From the NCBI RefSeq assembly GCF_009914755.1, contig NC_060926.1: DNA of 64,000 bases; one strand, written 5' to 3'. The notes under the pieces were generated by a model. It did no database searches. It saw only the letters and a program-made list of their open reading frames with translations, and was not told the DNA's origin. Origin of the DNA: the human T2T-CHM13v2.0 reference genome, Homo sapiens. The position numbers and the translations under genes were made by a program. This document shows positions 1 through 12,625 of this stretch, piece by piece (the first letter of the stretch is position 1; each line of letters begins with the position of its first letter).

Positions 1-260
1 CCTGTAAACCCAGCACTTTGGAAGGCTGAGACAGGCAGACCGCTTAAGCTCAGGAGTTCAAGACCAGCCTGGGCAAGATGGTGAAACCCCATCTTTACTA
101 AAATTACAAAAAATTAGCCATAGTTCCAGCTACTTGGGAGGCTGAGGTGGCAGGATCACTAAGCCCAGGAGTTCCAGGCTGCAGTGAGCTATGATCAAGC
201 CACTGCACTCCAGCCTGGGTGACAGAGCGAGACCCAGTCTCAAAAATAAAAAAAAAAAAT
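1..260 (+). mobile_element. AluJ-type SINE, cut by the window edge
   Basis: Alu left and right arms with J-type diagnostics (GAGCTATGATC, CTGGGCAAGATG), a ~20-bp deletion at the start of the right arm, and an A-tail at ~242-260. Confidence 0.9.
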
Positions 261-374
261 TGTCAGACATGAGACATGCAAAAATGGAAGAAAATAAAAT
301 CCATGAGGGTTAATAAACCAGTTAATGAAAGCCTACCCAGAACTGACAACAATGTTATAATAAACAGGCAATGA

Positions 375-1115
375 CCTTAAAACTATATTCAATGTTACAC
401 TGATGGTTTTAACCAGTGCAATAAGGCAATAAAAAGAAATAATAAGACTCCATATTGGAAAGGAAGAAGTAAAATTGTCTTTATTCATAGAAAATTTGAT
501 TATCTTTGTAGACAATCCAACAATTCTTTTAGATAACCTAAAAAAAAGCAAACTACTAGAATGGATGAGTTTAGCAAAGTTGAAGGACACAAAATCAATA
601 TACAAAATTCTATTGTTTTCTATTGTCTAGCAATGAAAAATTAGCAATGACAGCAGATGTCCTTATAAAAGACTTGTACACAAATGCTCACAGTAGCTAT
701 ATTTTTAAGAGCAGAAAATTAGAAACAACCTAAATGTTTCTCATCAAGCGAATGGACAAACTGTGGTATATCCACACAATGGAATGCTCCTCAACAAAGT
801 GAAAAGGAATAAACTACAGATGCACACTACAACATAAATTATAAAACAATTATCCTGAGAACACAAACAAAAAAAGAGAACATACTGTATGATTCCATTT
901 ATATAGCATTGTAGGAAATAGATCAATGGATAGTGACTGAGAGGAGATCAGTTGTTGCCTGGGGATAGTGAGGAACGAAGAGAGGAGAGTGAGGTACATG
1001 AAGAAAGCTTTGTGGCGATGGTCTCATGCAGGTTTACAAATATCCAAACCTACCAACTTGTGCACTTTACATATGCATGGTTTATTATATGTCGAGTATA
1101 CCTCATTAAAATTAT
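375..1115 (+). mobile_element. Ancient L1 (L1ME/L1MC-like): ORF2 RT fragment plus 3' end
   Basis: 375-650 is a degenerate match to ORF2 '[34 protein letters not shown]' (ATTGGAAAGGAAGAAGTAAAATTGTCTTTATTC). 660-1115 is an L1 3' end (ACAAACTGTGGTATATCCACACAATGGAAT). Confidence 0.75.
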
Positions 1116-1359
1116 TTTTCAGAGAAAAAATAGTTTCAAGTAATATGGCCCTTTAATTCATTCAAATGGCTTCATCTGATTGCTCAATGCTAGAGGGAAA
1201 ATTTGCTGAGTGGAACAGACTAAGAAATAAATTCTGACCTCTAACATGGTGCCTTCCTAAGAGATTCCCAAGTAAAATTTTGACTCTACATGATTTTAAT
1301 CTCCATGCTGACTTTGAAACTGAACTGTTGCATTGATATTACTCCCTATGAAATTAATA

Positions 1360-2515
1360 GTCAATGTCCTTCTCCTTGGATAAATGGCTAATTCTAGGAC
1401 TGGGGCAAGAAAAGCAAAAGATGATCCCAGGGCATCTTGTTGAGCTAGAAATGAAGATAGTGCTCATAAAATGATGAGGACTTGTCGGATGAACGCTGGG
1501 AATAACCTGAAATAGCTCTCAACTTGGCCAACATTAGACAATTTCAGTAACAATAAATAATGGTTGTAATGGATTATAACCCTAGACTAAAAAAAATATC
1601 AATGAACAGTACTGAAAAGAAAAGAAAGGAAGGGGAAGGGGAAGGGGAAGGGGAAGTGGAAGGGGAAGGAAAGGAAAGGAAAGGAAGGGAGAGAAAAGGA
1701 AGGAAGGAAAGAAAGGGAAAGAAGAAAAGAAGAAACGAAAGAAGGGAGGAAAGAAGAAACTCATCCTTACAGTAAAGTTATACTTTTATAAATATAGAAG
1801 AAATTATCAAAATCTAAAGTTACCATATTGCAAACACTATAGCAATGTTTCAGGCATGAATCATTGTTTAAGGCTAAAATTAGTGGGCTAAATATGATGA
1901 GAATGAAGATATTTATATTGTCTCAAAGAATCTTTCCAGAAGATAATTATTTTACAAAGAGAACTTTACTTTGGCAAAACCTGGCAGACATTACCTTGAC
2001 TAAGTGACCAAAATAACCATCTCTAACAATGAGAAATATTGACATAACTTGTCTCTAAATATAATATACTGAGAATGTTACAACGCCACTTCTGTAGTAG
2101 TCCTGCCAAAAAATGCATAACCTGAATGTGATCATTAGAAAATACAGACAAACCCAAACTGAGAGACACTGTCAAGAATAACAGGCCAGAACTCTTCAAA
2201 AACGTTACAGTTATAAAAGGCAGAGAATGGCAGTAGAACTGACCAGATTAAAGAATACTAAAGAGATATGACTACTAAATACAATATATGATCTTAAATT
2301 GACATATACCTCATAAAAAAGCATTGGTGGAACAACTGATAAAATATGAATCAGGTCCTAAAATTACAAAATAGTATTTTACCAATATTACTTTCCTGGT
2401 TTTTATTCTACTATGATTATACAAAATTTAATCATTTGGGGACGCTTGAAAATTATACTATTTTGTCACTATTGAAATCTAACATTATTTTAAAATGAAA
2501 AGTTTTAAAAATGGA
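1360..2515 (+). mobile_element. L1MC4/L1MC5-like 3' UTR fragment
   Basis: Motifs GGCTAATTCTAGGACTGGGGCAAG, AAACCTGGCAGACA and CCTGCCAAAAAATGCATAACCTGAAT. Confidence 0.6.
1616..1760. repeat. Polypurine GA-rich repeat with (GGAAGG)n and (GGAAA)n units
   Basis: Directly visible. Confidence 0.95.
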
Positions 2516-2659
2516 AAGTAGTCTTTGAATTTTTGAATTTTTATTTTAATTGTTGTTAAACATCACTTGTACATTTTCAAATAATACTTTTTAGAACTAA
2601 CTTTAGATTTAACTTGTGTTCATATTTTAGCATCATGCAGCTACTATTCCAGTGTAGAC

Positions 2660-4150
2660 TAAGTTATATTCTAGTTTCCGACAAGAAGTCTGTTATAATT
2701 CTTAATTTTGTTCCTTGTAATATGTCTTTTGTTTGTGACTGCTTTTAAGATTTTCTATTTATTTTTAGTTTTCAACTGTTTGGATATAATGAAGCCAGTT
2801 ATATAGCTTGTTTCAGTATTTGTCATGTTTAGTGTTATCTTGAATCCATAGATCTGTGGTTTGATATCTTCCATTATTTTTGGAAAATTTTCAGCCTTTA
2901 TGTCTTCAATAGTTCTTCCATCCCATTCTCTCTTCTCCTTCTGGCTTTTCAATTACATATATTTTAGACCATTTTATAGTATCCCACAAATCTTGTATGG
3001 TCTGTTCTAACTTTATACACTCTTTTTTCTTTTTGGATTTCAGTTTGGGTAATTTCTCTTGACCTATATTCAAGTTTACTTATTTTTCCTCTGGCTGTGC
3101 TGAATCTACTAATAAGCTCATTAAAGGCCTTCTTCATCCCTTTTACTTTGTTGTCATTGTTTCTGCTATTGTTACTGTTTTCCCCAGCAGTTACATCTGA
3201 CTGTTTCTTACATGGTTTTTATCTCTTTGCTGAAATTCCCTATATGTTCATGCATGCTTTCCACCTTTTCCAATAGTGTTTGATATATTAAATATTAATC
3301 ATCATTATTTTAAATTCCATATCTGAGTCTACTCAGAGTCTGGTTCTATCAACAGCTTTTTCTCTTCACAATAATTTTTTTTCCTTGTTTCTGTGTGTGT
3401 GCGTCTCATATATTTTGGTTGAATGCCGAGCATCATGTCCCATATAGTCTAAGGTAAATAGCATTTTTACATTGCATTCTTCTGCCCAAGTTAATTATTG
3501 TGGGGTTTCAAGTCAATCTAGTCTAGAACTGGGTTGAGTTTGGGTTTTATTGCTCTACCACAGGCTTCCATTTCTCTAGCATTAGCTTGTCCTTAAGGTG
3601 GAGTCTGGTTTGCTTAAAAGTAATCATCCATTATTGCCTCAATATTCCTATGCTACTCTCAGCTTTCTTTGTACTCCTGAGGCTAGGAGAAGGTCCCTCT
3701 CCTCACTCTTGCCTTGTCTCCAAAGGCTGACTGCAATTGCTTGATACTAGCCTGTGAGTTAGTATAAACTCTCCTTGGGCATCCAGCTCCCAGTGGTTCT
3801 ACACTCTCATGCTAGCCCACAATTGACTTTTAAAAATGTAATAATTTTAGCTGGATTTTTCTTACCCCTTTGTATTGCAGTCCATGGTCTTCCTGTGATT
3901 TGCCATGAGTGAGTCAGAATTCATTTGTAGCCTCTTTTGGGAGCCCCTGTTTTCTATATATCAGTCTAGTTGGATGTACTATATGATCCCAGATCATAGT
4001 ACATGATTTGATGGGTTCAAGAGAAGTTATGATTGTATAAATTATCTACATTTTTCTTTTTTAAGTTTTTAAACAGGCTCAGAAGGTATGGATTTTTCTT
4101 ATTGGTAAAATGAAAGCAATGCTTTCTCTAGCTTCCTACATCCTAGGCAG
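2660..4150 (-). mobile_element. Ancient L1 5'/ORF1 region fragment
   Basis: Minus-strand ORF 2755-2952 'IEDIKAENFPKIMEDIKPQI' resembles L1 ORF1p 'FEEIMAENFPNLMKDINLQI'. The plus strand is T-rich. Confidence 0.65.
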
Positions 4151-4489
4151 AAACTAGTAGTAAAATTCATATTTTTAATCAGTTAAAAATTAATACATTG
4201 AGGAATGCTATATGTTTGGCAGACACAAATAAAATGTTCTGAAATAGGCATTAGCATTACTTATCATTTCCAAAGGTCCTAAGGTCCTTTCTCTCAAATG
4301 CTGTCTCTTTCCAACTCAGATAATTACGTTTTCATGAATACTGACTATCTGGTTGTGGTCAGCTTCCTATCTGCCTTCTCAGACATCTCCTCTTACAGAT
4401 ATATTAACCCTATCCTCCCTGACAAATAAATGTGGAAACATGAACCCTGCAACTCTCTGTAGGAAAAACTACCCAGAATTGCAGAATAT

Positions 4490-4660
4490 TCAGAATAGAA
4501 GCAATGTTCCAGATGACTTAGACAAACTCCCTTATTTCACAGATGAAGAAACTAAAGCCCAGAGAAGTGAAGCAACGAGTCCAAGGTCATCCAGAGCCAC
4601 ACGCTTCAAAGAAAACTAGACTCACAACCCCAGACATCTGGTGACTGGCTCAGTTCTGAA
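4490..4660 (-). mobile_element. MIR
   Basis: TTTCACAGATGAAGAAACTAAAGCCCAGAGAAGTGAAG...CCAAGGTCA is the MIR core in antisense. Confidence 0.75.
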
Positions 4661-6164
4661 GACAGCATGCCATACCAGATCACTTCCGAACCCCTGTCAA
4701 GAGCTGACAAGGTAGCTGCTGCATCATCGCTTAGAACTATGAAACGGAAACCTTTATAATCAGAAAATCCAAACATTTGACTTTGGCCAAGTCGCATGTA
4801 CTTCCTGAGCTTTGGTTGCCAATAATACAAGGCCAATAATACCTTTCATGAAAAATTAATATAAATATGTGTGTGTATGTGTGTGTGTTTGAGAGACAGA
4901 GAGAGACAACATGAGTGTGAAAGATATCTTTCTCATCAACTGTCTGGTACTTTACAAGGATGTTGTTATTTACCTTCCAATAATACTCTAAAAATAGCAG
5001 GGCAGATTCATTTTGAGGCATTTGAACGTCAGAGCCCAGATTCTCTAACATCTTGCAACATTTCCCCCCACAATGTACATTAAGTACATAGAAGAGTAAC
5101 TGGCACATGCACGCATTTACAAAAATTTTTATTCTTTTCCCTCCTATTTTCTGCCATTTAAATATAGACAACCATTTAAAAATGTGTAAAAGCATATATA
5201 CAAAAGTGTTAACAGCAGCTATTATCAGGTTGTGGAATTGAATATAATTTTTTTCTCTTTTCTCTTTTGCTCTCTTCTTGATAATTTTTATTTTCTACCA
5301 ATTTAAAAAAAATGTGTTTTCATTTTATGGAAAGTTTAATGTAAGTGATTTGTAATTAGATGGAAGATGAGGCACAGATCAAGTAGACGCCTCTTCATGA
5401 CAGTCTTTGATGCACGCACGCATGGGAGTGCTGCAAGAAACACAAAGCAACCTCTGAAAACCTGCCCAAACCAAGTGCAGAGGGAGAAACAGCCCTGAGT
5501 GCTTATCTTCCTCCGAAGTAATAAATGAGGACACAGAGCAGAGAATAAAAACAAAACAGAGTAAACATACTTTCAAAAGAATGAAAGAAGTCAGACAAAA
5601 CAATGTAAGATTTAGAAACCAGACCAAATGTTATGAATTTAAGAATCCAGGGACTGTTTCTCATTTTGTCCCAAGGGACTTCATTCAGTCCCCAAGTATA
5701 GCCCAAGGGCACCTTGATTTGCAATTGGAAGTGCTCAGCTTGACAGTATCAGAGTGAATACCCCGCTCATCGGAACATAGCACGTACATGTTATAAACAC
5801 ACACATATTTATGTCCATGCACATTTGGTTTTGCTTTCATTTCACTTTTGCTAGACATAATTCCTTACAGGAATATGTTTTGGTTGATGCAGGATTGAAC
5901 ATCATCTTGGCAGTTTGGGAAGAAAGTAAAAATAATTTTATTCCAGGGCTTCAAGTGGTCAGGAAGGTGACATGCCAGAGCTTTGGCAAGCCAGAGTTCA
6001 CTTCAATAAAAGCTCAGTGGACAGCATTATGTCGCAAAGCCATCTATGGAGGACAGAATTTATCTGTTCTACACGTTATCTTTAGGAAGGTTAAACAAAA
6101 AGAGTAAAATTAATCTCCAACATCTAGGGAGACAGCAATTCTAATATTCTGTGGGCATTATCAT

Positions 6165-6390
6165 CATATCTAGAAAGGCTTTTCTGAAACTCCCAACCTA
6201 GAACTAACCCCTCTCTCTGTTTATGCCTGAACTGTACCTTGTGCAATAATTCATACTTTCATAGCATTTGTAACACCTGAATACATTGTTTAGATGATGT
6301 TTCTTCTTTGTATCCTCACTACCTACGAAATGTCTGGCACATAGTAGCTCCTAAATGTATATTTGATTAATAAATTAATGAATAGGTGAG
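6165..6390 (+). mobile_element. L2 3' end fragment
   Basis: TCTGGCACATAGTAG...ATTTGATTAATAAATTAATGAAT tail. Confidence 0.6.
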
Positions 6391-6954
6391 TGACAAAAAT
6401 ATCATTGGAATTTAAAAACAATGTCTTCAAACTAAACACATGCCTAAGCCATACTGTTCACATCTTGCCTCACTCCCTTCTGTTGCTTGACTATATACCA
6501 CTACTGGTTACCATCAACTCCATAGCTTCAACCTGGACACCATCTTGCAATGAGCTCTGGTCTAAATCCAGAGTCAAATATCCATGCTCTTTTGCAGGAT
6601 GTTGACAATCTTCAGCCATGAAGATTAACAGTGGCCACACTGGTTCCACTGAAATCATACAACTTTCCTTGGACAGAAAGGGCTCTGTGCCTGCAGTATC
6701 ATAGGGAGCTGTGCACAGGAGTTATGGCCTAGGCTCGTCTCAGCAAATTACAACAGCAGAAAGGGCTCCTTCCCGCCAGATCCTAGCAAAGAAGTCAAAG
6801 CATTCCAATGAGGAAAGTGACTTTCTTTGAGTAACAGCTAAAAGGTCCAAACATCTGAAGAAGGACCTCTCTACCCTCCTCCAAATAGTTTCAGGGTGGA
6901 ATGTCATTCCTGACCGGAGGGAATGCACAGGCAAGTTTGAAATATTGATCAATG

Positions 6955-7737
6955 AAGCATATATAAGAAAGTACCAAAAACCAGGTGGTTTAAAACAACA
7001 GAGTTATTGTCTAACAGTTCTAGAGGCTAGAAGTCTGAAATCAAGGTTCCAACAGTGCCATGCTCTTTTTGACGGCTCCAGGAGAGGCTGCTTCTTTGTC
7101 TCTTCTGGCTTCTGGTGCTGCTGGCAACCTTTGGCATTCCTGGGCTTGTAGCTGCATTGCCCCAATCACTTGCTGTCTTAGGCCTGCATTTCTTCACACC
7201 CTCTTTCCTCAGTGCACGTCTATCTCTGTGTCTTAATTTCCTTTTTTCTAAGGACAGCAGTCATATTGATTAGGGCCCACCCTAATGATCTCATTGTAAT
7301 CTCTTAATTACCTCTGTAAAGGCCTTATATCCAAATAAGATCATATTGTGAGGCTCTGGGGATTGGGACTTCAACATAATATTTTGTTTGTTTTTGTTTT
7401 TGTTTGTTTTGAGACAAGAGTTTCACTCTTGTTGCCCAGAAAGGAGTGCAATGGCGTAATCTCAGCTCACTGTAACCTCCACCTCCTGGGTTCGAGCAAT
7501 TCTCCTGCCTCAACCTCCTGAGCAGCAGGGATTACAAGTGCGTGCCACCATGCCCGGCTGATTTTTTGTATTTTTAGTAGAGATGGGATTTCACCATGTT
7601 GGCCAGGCTGGTGCCGAACTCCTGATGTCAAGTGATCAACCCAACTCAGCCTCCCAAAGTGCTGAGATTACAGGCGTGAACCACTGGCCTCAATGCACTT
7701 TTTGAAGGGGCTCAGAAGACACTATTCAGCCCAAAAC
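6955..7737 (-). mobile_element. MLT1C-like MaLR LTR interrupted by an Alu
   Basis: ACAGTTCTAGAGGCTAGAAGTCTGAAATCAAGG, GATTAGGGCCCACCCTAATGA and GGACTTCAACAT. It resumes after the Alu and ends ATTCAGCCCAAAACA. Confidence 0.8.
7382..7690 (-). mobile_element. AluS (Sq/Sp-like)
   Basis: (TTTTG)n tail followed by GAGACAAGAGTTTCACTCTTGTTGCCCA...CCTCCCAAAGTGCTGAGATTACAGGCGTGAACCAC. Confidence 0.92.
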
Positions 7738-8159
7738 AGAAAGGAAAGGAGCTCTCCATGTGAGCTCTCCATGAGTCCACCTCAGCATAGATATTTCACC
7801 AGCCACTGCCAATCATTATTTGTTTTCATTCCACCTAAACCCAACATAATTCCAAACAACCCAGGACTAGATATCAACCTACATGGGTAGGACCTAGCAT
7901 GGGGTCTGTCCAAATTCAGTGGACCTGAATTGACTCAAGGATGCATGGTCACCAAAATGCCAATGGTTTCGATAAGCAGTTCGGGCTACTCCCAGGCACA
8001 ATTCTACTTTGTGTTTGGTCTGTTTGTTTTCTAAGAGTCATGAAGGCAAACAGCACTTGACATCTGTCAAGTTCCATTACCAGCTTGTGTCTTACCTGCT
8101 CTGATCTATTTTGAATTGAAACACAATAAAGAACCTACCTCTTAAATCCTACTGCTGGG

Positions 8160-8295
8160 TTATTCAGCCATCTATTCATTAATCTTCTTATTAATACTGA
8201 GTCATGCGCTCTACTGAGTATGCAGTGTTGAATAAGACAGGCATGTTTCCTGCCTTCATGGAGCTGAACTTGAACCAGGGACACTGACATTGAGA
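8160..8295 (-). mobile_element. L2 3' fragment
   Basis: TATTCATT...TGAATAAGACAGGCATGTTTCCTGCCTTCATGGAGCT. Confidence 0.55.
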
Positions 8296-8369
8296 AAATA
8301 AGAGTTTCCTGTTTCAAAATAAAAGGCCAGTCATCACATTTCTTAGACCGTGTGCTAAGGAAGCCTAGA

Positions 8370-8780
8370 GCTGGTAGTATCAGTGCTCTTCCCTTATCCC
8401 TCAGGCCTCCCCACTTCGGTGTGCCCTGAAGCTTCTTCCAAAGCCAAGGGAGAAAAGTGCAGTGGAATTAACACCCCCTGGAAGCCCCAGTTCTCAATCA
8501 ATGAGTAGCAGAGTTAAAGTATAAACACCTCAGCTCCCTGGCCCTGCAAGTGGCTTAACTCTGAGTTGGGATGGGGAGGGGTGGTTGTTTCCATTTCTGA
8601 GAATTTCCACACAGGACTAAGCTCCACTTACCTCACTCCTGAGAGCTAACTAGGAGAGAGCACCTTCACTGGCCTCTTCCCCTTCCCTGCTCCACTTCCC
8701 TGACCTCCATCAGTGTTTCTGCATGCACAAAAGGCTACTTGCACATAATTCCTTATCTCAGGAGACCTCAAACTTAAGAA
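8370..8780 (+). mobile_element. LTR16-like (ERVL) solo LTR
   Basis: TAACTCTGAG, GGACTAAGCTCCA, CTTCCCCTTCCCTG...CACTTCCC, CTACTTGCAC...TCCTTATCTCAGG and an end resembling AAACTAAGACA. Confidence 0.65.
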
Positions 8781-8908
8781 TTTCTTGTTTACTCAGTGTT
8801 TGCTCAGGTTTCTTGGTATTTAAACATAGCCAGAAACAGGGAACAGAGCTTGATTCAGACTGTGGTGTAAGAATCTGTAGTGGACTTGCTGTGTGTGCAA
8901 TTTGGTAG
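8772..8908. repeat. Left arm of a 137-bp inverted repeat
   Basis: Manual alignment to the reverse complement of 9906-10042: 128/137 identical, no gaps. Confidence 0.95.
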
Positions 8909-9190
8909 GCCTGAGGGATAAAGACAAAACTTTACTTTCCCTTAGTCCATCTCAATTCAATTCAATAAGTAGTTTATGGACATTCCATGGGTAGATGATA
9001 GAGGTACCTACGGAGCTCACGGTCAGGTAATGTAGAAAGAGAAAGAAGCATTATACAACCAACATAAATACAATGCAGAATTACATGAAATGGTTGTAAA
9101 TGTAAAGTGAACAATTAATTCTGACTGCTGGGATTGGGCTGGGATAGGCATTATGGAAGAGAGGACTACAGATCTGGGCTTGGAAGTAAA

Positions 9191-9360
9191 GCAATGTTTC
9201 CCAAGTATTTTTTACATTATCACCCCCCAATGGGCCTTTTTAGACTGTCCCCATTACCTCCCCCAACCCATAAAATGTCAGTACCACAGATATACTGTGT
9301 ACCTATTTATGCTGTATGGTACAGAGATTTTTTTTGCCCCTCCCCAACCCCAGAACCAAG
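9191..9360. mobile_element. hAT-Charlie DNA transposon fossil (Charlie15-like, name uncertain)
   Basis: TGTTTCCCAA...ATCACCCCCC...GCCTTTTTAGAC...TACCACAGATATACTGT. The same family occurs in opposite orientation at ~25492-25720. Confidence 0.45.
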
Positions 9361-9502
9361 CTTCCTCCCACTGAAAATGCATGAAGAAAAAAAAAAAAAA
9401 AGAAAGAGAGTACAGGTTTAAATAAAACACTATGATAAATGCTAAAAGGTATGAAAGTGAACAACTCATAGAGGCAAAGGTAAACCGTCCAATTTGGCCT
9501 CT

Positions 9503-9884
9503 TGTAGATTAATAATGATTGCAACTTCTTTGATACTCCTACCTCAAGAGGAGATGTCTATGTCCCTTTCAGTTCAACCCTTAAGAGTCTGGCAGCTTCC
9601 ACTTGCTGAACACTAAGCCTTGGCATCCAGCCATGCTGTGAGGAAGCTCAAACATCCCCAAGGAGAGGTGTATATGGAGAGAAAACAGGGCAGCCCAGTT
9701 GCCAGCTTGCCAGCCATGGGAATAAGCCATCTTGAAGTGGATCCTTTAGTGCCAGTTGAGCCGTTCCTGCTGGCCCACATAGCCCTGTCCAAATTGTAGA
9801 TTTACAAACAGAAAAAAAGTTCTTGTTTTTTTGAGCAACTAATTCTGGGAGTGATTTGTAATAAAGCAATAAATAATCAGAACA
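9503..9884 (+). mobile_element. MLT1G/H-like MaLR LTR
   Basis: CCATGCTGTGAGGAAGCTCAA, GCCATCTTGAAGTGGATCCT, CCAAATTGTAGATT and an end GCAATAAATAATCAGAACA. Confidence 0.7.
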
Positions 9885-9905
9885 TGACACAGACACAACA
9901 CAAAG

Positions 9906-10042
9906 CTACTAAATCACACACACGGCAAGTCCACTACAGATTCTCATACCACAGTCTGAATCAAGCTCTGTTCCCTGTTTCTGACTATGTTCAAATACCA
10001 AGAAACCCGAGCAAACACTGAGTAAACAAGAAATTCTTAAGT
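9906..10042. repeat. Right arm of the 137-bp inverted repeat
   Basis: Reverse complement of 8772-8908. Confidence 0.95.
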
Positions 10043-11496
10043 GACTGATTCATTAATTAAAGTCACAAGGTCATACTTTGCTTGTCAAATACAATTTTTT
10101 AAATTTTAAGCAAGGCTGCTGTTGTTTATGAGTCAATTAGCTTGTAAACAAAAAGTACTGCAAGTCTCCCTGAACAACATTTTTGTATTTCCAAGAATCA
10201 GGAAGACACTGAATACATACTTTATCATAATAAATAAAATACACAGGCTGCTCTAAAAGAATTGTTCAGACCAGAACTGAATGAAGTGAAAACATTTTCA
10301 AATGCAAGTGGCAGGCAAACTGCCCCACCCTATCCTGGAAGACAATACAAAGAGGGATGGGGGAGAGAAGAAAATAAGTGATTCTCCTACACACCCAGCC
10401 CATGCCATGCTAATCCCTTTTTGAGGACCACTGGTTTTAAACAAACTCTCTTTTGCTGTAAAACAAAGAAGACCCTTTCTTATCATTGCATCCATTCGCC
10501 ACATTTAAATATCAACCTAAACATAGACTACGCAACACTAAGATTCGCAGTTACTAGAAAAGGTTTTTTTACAGTCCAAATGATCTGTGATGGACTTCAC
10601 CATCCCCACGGCTGCTGCCTCCCATAATCTGCCTCAAGTACAACACAGGCTCCCTGCACTTATTCCAAAAAGTAACATCTATCAAAGCTACAAATTTGAA
10701 ACAGGTGCATATTTAGCATGTAAATGTAGAACAACTTTATATTTCCTTAGCTGCATTCAACACGCTCATGAAATTTAGATTTCTACAGTTTAGTCCAAAG
10801 TTCCTACAACCTTCAAAAATTAAAAAAAAAAAACAAAACAAAACAAAAAAAGATTAGCAAATTGAATTATAAACAAGAAGGATATGGAAACTTGACTTCC
10901 CACCAGTGAATGGTCTCGGTAAACAAACCCTAAGTCCACATGCAAGCCTCCATTAATTGGTTCCTTTTGGCTCAGAGCTCCCCTGCTTGCCTCAGCTCAT
11001 AGTCACATGCCCAGCTGACTTTGCCCAGGGGGCATATGATTTTCAATCCCTGGATTCAGCACGCATTCCCCATATAGCCTGTGCTGTACATTGTTTCTAT
11101 TAGGGAACCAGGCCTCCAAGTTCAAAACCTTACATTCTTACAAATTTTGAAAACCCTAGTCAATGCTGATGATACTTAAAAATACAAGATCTTTTCCTAT
11201 AACATACAGTCTGCAGATTAGTCATGCCTGATTTCAACAATTCTTGATGGATGTCTACATCTACTATGTTGTCTGTTGCCATTAATATTGTTTTTCAACC
11301 TTATCATGAAAAAGAAGACGGCATTGTATAAGCCCTATGCTCCCAAATATTTCATTTGTACGACAGACATCATCATATGCTTTCTCCTTCACCATGTAGT
11401 TAACAAAGGGAAGCCAAAAAATCTACTGTGGGCCAGAAAGAATCCAGCAGTAGGTGAAGAAAGAATTTAAGAAGCTCTATTTCTTCCACAACAGCA

Positions 11497-12060
11497 AGGG
11501 TTGCCTGAATTTGAATCCTGGTTCCACCTCTTACTAGATGCATGACCTGGGAAGTGAACTTAACTTCCTGTATTAGTCTATTTCCACATGCTGATAGACA
11601 TACCCAAGACTGGGCAATTTACAGAAGAAAGAGGTTTAATGAACTCACAGGTCCATGTGGCTGTGGAGGCCTCACAATCATGGCAGAATGTGAAAGGTAC
11701 ATCTCACATGGCAGCAGACAAGAGAAGAGAACTTGTGAAGGGAAATTCCCCTTTAGAAAGCCATCAGATCTCATGAGACTTATTAACTACCACAAGAATA
11801 GCATGGTAAAGACCCACCCCCATGATTCAATTACCTCCTACCAAGCCCCTCTCACAACACGTGGGAATGGTAGGAGTTACAATTCAAGATGAGATTTGAG
11901 TAGGGACACAGCCAACCATATCGCCTCCCAAGCCCCAGTTTGTTCATCTGTAGATGGGGACGATTATATATAATACATGCACTTCACAGGGCTACATAAG
12001 GATTAACTGGGTAAAATAAGTAGAACAGGTAGCCCAGGTCCCAACATCAGGCAAGAGCTT
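11497..12060 (+). mobile_element. MIR split by a THE1B LTR
   Basis: TTTGAATCCTGGTTCCACCTCTTACTAG...ACTTAACTTCC resumes as CCCAGTTTGTTCATCTGTAGATGGGGA. Confidence 0.75.
11569..11923 (-). mobile_element. THE1B solo LTR
   Basis: TGTATTAGTC...GACATACCCAAGACTGGGCAATTTAC...CACAGCCAACCATATC, with degenerate 5-bp TSD CTTCC/CCTCC. Confidence 0.9.
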
Positions 12061-12387
12061 CAAAGTTAGCCATAATTGTTACGTGAATTATTCCTACATA
12101 ATTAATTGTTATTGTTATTTTCTTTTTTCGTTGTCTTTTGCTTTTCTCATTCTCTCAATTCTTCATCACATCTCTTTTCTCCCCCTCCTTATTTGCACTG
12201 ATTTCAACATGTCTACCTTTCATCACTCTCATCTCACCAAGTGACTTATTTTCATGAGTGACTTATTTATTCATGGGTGAATTCTACAGATTGTTGTTTT
12301 AGACTTCTGATAAGGAAAGGATTCATATGAAAAAATGTTGATCAGACAGACTAGGGGAACAACTATCCAGTTGAACCCCTGGCATCT

Positions 12388-12625
12388 TTCATCATCATCA
12401 TCATCATCATCATCATTGTCAGTCATTCTCTTGGCTAGCATCTATTGAGCTGCGCCTCCAGAGCTATGTCAGGTATAATGACTCAGGAAATGCTCACGAC
12501 AATGCTCTGAGGTAGGAACTACGGTTAAACCCATTTACAGTGGTCAAAACTGAGGAACAAAGAGGCTCAATAACTGAGCCCACAGGTGTGCAGCTCAAAA
12601 TCAAAATGCCCCAAACTGGGCCACT
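12388..12625 (-). mobile_element. MIR with a (CAT)n microsatellite at its tail
   Basis: (CAT)n at ~12390-12416, and CCCATTTACAG...AAACTGAGGAACAAAGAGG. Confidence 0.65.

Noticed and set aside
1560-1775. K/E/R/G-rich ORF and its F/P-rich antisense ORF
   Set aside because: Translation of a polypurine simple repeat
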